DNA from: Amoebophrya sp. A120 | Lineage: Eukaryota > Protista > Dinoflagellata | DNA: 49,638 nucleotides | Direction of reading: 5' to 3' | NCBI GenBank assembly: GCA_905178155.1 | Contig: CAJINV010000023.1 | Span: 754,775-804,412, forward strand | Shown here: positions 44,150 to 49,638 of the stretch, piece by piece | How positions within the stretch are numbered: the first letter of the stretch is position 1 | Layout of the letters: every line of letters begins with the position of its first letter | Position numbers and translations under genes: made by a program | The notes under the pieces: generated by a model | What the model was told of the DNA's origin: nothing | The model's database searches: none | The model's input: only the letters and a program-made list of their open reading frames with translations

Positions 44150-47100
44150 CTGCCTATTAACAGCCCCGCTACGCGGCCAACTTCCCCACCTGAGGGAGGA
44201 GCGCTACCGTCGTAAGTCCAAACAATTGCGCGCCGGCGCTCGCGGTGTGAGGAAGGGCGGCGTCGCAGTCGTCTTGTTACGAAAACGCTTGCGCCCAGCG
44301 TCTGTGTGTGCCCATCCTGGTTTTGTCTGATAGAGATGGACACCCCTCTCCCGTTGTACTTCGTGCGGATATGTGTTGCCCATCCAGTACAAAAACCAGA
44401 AGCGGGATTTTTTCTCAATGCTCCGGTACAAACTCAGCGATGAGACTGATGCCTGGCGACGCATATGCCGGATGTGCCGGCAGGCTTTCGCCATGTGCTA
44501 CGATAGTGGCAAGCGCCCCTCCCCCAGAGCAAGCAAACGCGCGTCATGCAAATTTGCCAAAAGAAGTCCGTCCGACCTTGCATGAATACGCACCAGAAAG
44601 ATTCGGGGCCGAGCGTGTGCGGAGGTCATTGCTTTTCAAATAGCTAGATTGCGGGCAGCGATTCCCCATTAGTTACAGAGATTGCAGAGATGTCTGTGCT
44701 TGGAAGAGTTCGCGAACATTGATATTGCAGTTTTTCGGCTTGCAGGAACTTGTGCCGGCTATGCAACACAGATCTTCTGGACCCACGCCAGATGATCGGC
44801 GCAAGGCTACTTCCTTCTGTCTGCAAGCAGATGAGCCAGACACGTCTGCAACCAAGCAAAGACATGTCAGCAGAGATGTCTCCAACGTGTTTGCCCACCT
44901 CTGTTGTTTCTGTCCGGCTCATCTGCCTCGCGTTGAGCCCTGGAGGCGTGTTGATATTGGGGATAGCGAGGCAACTTGGGCCGACACTAATTTTGGCCAG
45001 CACCTGACGCATTCTCTCCCCCACGAAAAACAAACACTTGCTACGTCGAGGCCTATTTGCAATGCAAGGACTTCGCACATTTCTGCGGGGGGGGGCGCTT
45101 TTCATTTTGATAAGAGCGACGAGGCGGTCGTCGTTAAAAGCGAGTCCGACTACCTTGTCGCGAATCCTCGCCCAACAAAAATCGACTGGCGGTATTTTTC
45201 GGCACGCGAAAAGGAGCAGGCGGCCAGATACGCTGACACATGGAATGGCGATGAAGTAGGAAAGCGGCAAAAACTACGCACAGCCGCTTTGCGCCGAGCA
45301 GCCGCACAGAAGTACGCCGAACGCAAATTCCTAGCCGCGTACACCGACAGGGAGTACTCGAGTGACCTAGTCCTGGGAGACATGCCACATCTGCGCAAGG
45401 TGCGGAGGAAGGGCAGCGTGTCAATCCAGAAGACATTTCGCTCCTACAAGGCGTTCCGAAGGGAGCTCCTGGGGCTTTTGGAAATGCAAGAAAACCCGCA
45501 CGCCCAGCAGCTCGCGGAGAGCACGAAGCGGCGCTACAAGACCGCGCGCGATCTGGAGTTAGTCGGCCCGTCCCTGCGCCGTACGCAACAAAGTTCTCAG
45601 CCGCCATGTCCGCTTGTCTCGCTCGGACGGGGCCCCGCTTCACAAACGAAAACAAAACGTCGGCGCGTTTTGTTTTTCTGAGCTTTGCAAGCGTTGCCTG
45701 GAGCATCATCTGGCGCGGTGTTTTTCTCTAGTGCTTCTCTCCCGAGATCATAGCGCAGGGCGCTCTCTCTATTTTCATGGATCGGCTTCCTGGATGGTTG
45801 CAATCGCTCACGCCCCGCATGCATGACAAGCAAGGCACCGCATGAGAAGTTTGTATTCGGATAAGCAAAAGCGACTGGGTCTTTCGAACCGAGCAGGCGG
45901 GCATCTGCCTCGTTGAGATCTTGACCGTGCTCCCGGACTACGTGCGGCGGGATCTCGCGAAACAGTATTTCATAAATTTTTTACACAGCCTATCCGTGAC
46001 AGAGGCCGGACTCCCATACCGAAGTGCCAGCTTTTCGTGTGAAAGGGGGCCGGCTCTGGACTGCCCAGACCAACTATGTTTGTGACGCTTTTCTGATCCC
46101 TATTCTGTGTGACAGTGTTGCTTGTCCATGATGAGGTAGCACGAAAGGAAAATGTGTCTGGGTCTACAAAACCTGTCATGCCGAAAAATGGCCTCGATTG
46201 ATTAAAGTGCAGCAAGGCATGAAAATCCTGTCGAGCGCTTGCTCATGCGTGGCGTGCATTACAAGCTGCGTTTTCGCATTCCGGCTTCTATTCTTTGTTG
46301 CTTTTTTATATATGCGATTCAGATTTATTGCAAGTGCTCGACGCGCAAGACAGGTTGCTGCCTTACAAACGCAGAGATATTCTCGACGCATAGGCCGAGC
46401 GGCATCCTGATCACACATCTCAAAATCAGGTTTCAAAGCACGTGCGAGGACATTTGGGGAAAAGAAATGCTCCACAACGACCTGAAAATGGATAACCTCT
46501 GCGTGAAGTTAATTGACCAGACGAAGGCCGACAGGAGGCAGAGCACCAACTCCCAGCACACTTTGTGGCACTTGACATTTATCGACTTCGGGTCCGCGTT
46601 AATTCTTCGGAAGAAAAACCGAAACAAGAAGCTAGAGCAAGAGCCGATCTATTTCTGCAGCATTGGAGTCACCTGGCCGTTCCTCGAGAAGGATTTTTGC
46701 CAGAAGTACCACGAAGCCGTGGAGATCAGTCTGGCGGCCAGCCGTGCGAATGAGGTCGTAAGCCGTGCCGAAGAAATCCAGGTAGAACAAGTGCTGCATG
46801 ATGGGGATAAGCATAGTGGAAGGGGTTTCCTTGTAGAAGGTTCCAGGCCTTTCAAATTTTGGTCTTTGGCTTTTTCTTCTGCCAGAACATGCGGGTGAAA
46901 ATGAAAATGAAAAACTTCCACAGATGAATGATGAAAAACATCCATGGACATGACAAATAAAAACCAGAAACTGATCTGCGACCTCCGTGTGCTGGCCCTC
47001 CAAGAAGCATTTTGCGCCTCTCTTGTCCTGAAGTTCTTCTTGGACATGACGAATCAGTGCTATACGGACACGGCGGAACTGGAGAGTGGCAAAGAAGACG

Positions 47101-47276
47101 AAGAAAGAAAAGCGAAGCGATCGAAGAAGCCACTGGATGTCGAAGCGGCCAGAAGACGAAATGACAAGTTTCGAGAGGTAGTCACAGTAGACAAGAAATT
47201 GGTCACGGATTTCAACAAGTGCATTGCAAAATCGCTGGCCTTGTCGCTTCCTCAAGGATGGGAGTACGACGACTAA
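44150..47276 (+). CDS. Divergent protein kinase-like gene in many fragments; exon structure not resolved
   Basis: AVVVK (~45124, beta-3 Lys), MLHNDLKMDN (46467) and FIDFGSA (~46578) in order; decayed introner termini in between. Confidence 0.55.
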
Positions 47277-47704
47277 GGCCCCTGCGGGTGTTGCGCTCAT
47301 GAAACTTTCTGGCAGCGCATATGAACAAGAAGGAAAAATCTCACCTCGTCGAATTTGAATACTTCTAAGTAAGGACGCCATCGCGACCCTGCGCGCTGAG
47401 ATTACAAAACGCCAGGGGCCACGATTTCAAAAGGCCGCGGCTGCATTCGCCTGGGCTCAGTTTCCTTGACTTTCGAAGGCCAGGCGCTCAAGAAGTCGCA
47501 GGGCCGCCAGAGTGTTCGGCCAATTGCTTGCAAAAGCATAGTGCCCCCCTGCTTGCCGGACGCGCGAGGGGCTGGCAGGTGCTGTCGTGGTTCGGTATTG
47601 AGAGATTTTGAAGGAAGGTCCTGCAGGAAACGCTAGCGGCGTCGTGGCACGCAAAGGACGGCCCCTAGAGTGACACCGCGAGGGCCTGTGCAGTCCTTGA
47701 GAAA

Positions 47705-49638
47705 GTAATTGCAAAAGCGCGAAGAAGCCGAAACCAAGGAAGCCCTCCCACCGGGCTCATCCGCCCCGCTCTGGGACAGAGCGGAGGGCCTTGGTTTCAG
47801 GCTTCCTCTAAGTTCGGGGCGGGGTTTTGGCAGCTTTAGGACTTGGGCAGGCAGCTGCAAAAGTGGGAAGAAGCCGAAACCAAGAAAACCCCGCGGGCCT
47901 ATCCACTCCGCCCCGTGACATGGCGGAGGGGTTTGGCTTCCGACCTTCTGGAGGGTTTCGGGTTTGAGTTTTGGGCCTTTTCGATAGGGTTTGGGCCGGC
48001 ACTTGCAAAACCGAAAAGAGGCCGAAACCAAGGAAACCTATCGGGCTTGTCCACCCCGCCCCGTGAAGGAGCGGACTGCTTTGGCTTCCGCCCTCCTGTA
48101 GGGCTTGGGGTTTTGGCCTCTTTAGGATTTGGGCGAGCAGTTGCAAAACCGTCGAAAAGCCGAAACCCAGGAAGCGCATAGGGCTGACCCACTCCGCTCT
48201 GTCACAGGGCGGGGCGGCTTTGTTTCCGACCCCCTTTAGGGTTTGGGCTTTGGCCCCTTTAGGATTTGGGAGGGCAAGCAGTTGCAAAACCGCGGAAAAG
48301 CCGAAACCAAGGAAACCGCTGGGGCTTATCCAGTCCGCCCCTTCACAGAGCGGGGGGCGTGGTTTTGCTTCCGACTCCCTTTGGGGCTTGGGGTTTGGGG
48401 CTTGGCCTCTTTTGGATTTGGGCAAGCGGTTGCAAAACTGTCGAAAAGCCGAAACCAAGGAAAGCCACCGGGCCCCCCCTCCGCTCTGTCAAGCGGCGGG
48501 GCGGTTTTGCTTCCGACTCCTTTCATGGAGGGCCTAGGCTTTGGGTTTTGGCCTCTTTAGGATTTGGGCAAGCGGTCGCGTTCTCCAAAATGGCCAAAAC
48601 CAACCTCCACCGTGCCCCGCATTCCGGCAAGCAAGCCCCGCAGGGAGCTCCGCGAGCAAGCCGCCCGCGCGTCCAAATTGGAACGCGCCGCGGTGTGCTT
48701 GCGTAGAAAGGCCAGCGGGTTGGTCGGAAATTTTGCCGGCTCGGACTTGGGCCGGCAAGCATTTGCGAAACGGTTGAAAAGCCGAAGCCAAGGAAACCCG
48801 TCGGGTTTTCCTACTCCGCTCTGTCGCAGAGCGGGGTGGTTTTGTTTCCAACCTCCTCCCTGTAGGGTTTGGGCTTTGGGCTTTGGTTTCTTCAGGATTT
48901 GGGCAAGCCGTTGTGAAACGGCTGAAAAACCGAAACCAAGGAAACCCATCGGGCTCCCCCACTCCGCTCCGCCACAGAGCGGATTGGTTTTGTTTCCGAC
49001 CTCCTTTAGGGTTTGGGCTTTGGTCTCTTCAGGATTTGGGCAAGCAGTTGCGAAACGGCTAAAAAGCCGAAACCCAGGAAACCCATCGGGCCCCCCCCCA
49101 CTCCGCTCGGTCACAGAGCGGAGCGGTTTCGCTTCCGGCCTCCTTTGGGGTTTGGGGTTTGGGCTTTGGCCTCTTCAGGATTTGGGCAAGCAGTTGCGAA
49201 AGGGCTGAAAAGCCGAAACCAAGGAAACCCATCGGGGTTCCCGCTCCGCCCTGTCATGGAGCGGAGTGGTTTCGCTTGCGACCTCCTCTGGAAGTTGGGG
49301 CCTGGGCTTTGGCCTCTTCAGGATTTGGGAGGGCAAGCAGTTGCGAAACGGTTGAAAAGCCGAAGCCAAGGAAACCCGTCGCGTTCTCCCACTCCGCTCC
49401 GTCGCCGAGCGGAGTGGTTTTGCTCCCGACCTCTTTCAAGCAGTTGCGAAACGGCTGAAAAGCCGAAACCAAGGAAACCGGTCGCGTTCTGCCACTCCGC
49501 TCGGTCACAGAGCGGAGTGGTTTTGCTTCCGGCCTCCTTTAGGGTTTGGGCTTTGGGCTTTGGTCTCTTCAGGATTTGGGCAAGCAGTTGCGAAACGGCT
49601 GAAAAGCCGAAACCAAGGAAACCCATCGCGTTCTCCCA
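47705..49638. repeat. ~140-bp tandem satellite with degenerate telomeric motifs and an internal hairpin; runs off the window
   Basis: AAAGCCGAAACCAAGGAAACCC recurs about every 137-148 bp; TTTAGGGTTTGGGCTTTGG; CCACTCCGCTC...GAGCGGAGTGG; interrupted ~48575-48760. Confidence 0.92.

Noticed and set aside
33100-47700. Autonomous transposase for the introners
   Set aside because: No recognisable DDE, tyrosine recombinase or reverse transcriptase motifs; fragmentation could hide one.
47633-49626. Overlapping 60-216 aa ORFs on both strands
   Set aside because: Translations of a stop-poor satellite; the same applies to ORFs in 12972-14064 and probably GC-rich 43474-43994.

Overview
Eukaryotic genomic DNA; all genes I could resolve lie on the + strand. 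Almost every gene is broken by short (mostly 110-360 bp) non-coding elements with terminal inverted repeats, typically TAT...ATA, flanked by 5-bp direct repeats and lacking GT-AG ends. I mapped about 55. In the 51 that sit in reconstructable coding sequence, removing the element plus exactly 5 nt rejoins open frames (a few junctions have no motif to confirm them). Copies of one family occur in both orientations inside sense-strand genes. This resembles the non-canonical introner elements of the syndinian dinoflagellate Amoebophrya (organism assignment is inference; TTTAGGG-like repeats fit). After in-silico excision, 1-30.3 kb is a co-oriented run of six membrane-anchored glycan-building/modifying genes from six families: double FkbM methyltransferase, double GT61-like, PC-esterase/NXPE-like, GT-D-fold-like, DUF268 methyltransferase-like and GT2. 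Downstream are rearranged duplicates of cluster pieces, several less certain genes (OTU-like, Lys-rich, kinase-like, unknown) and a ~140-bp telomere-like satellite. All coordinates and counts were read by hand.
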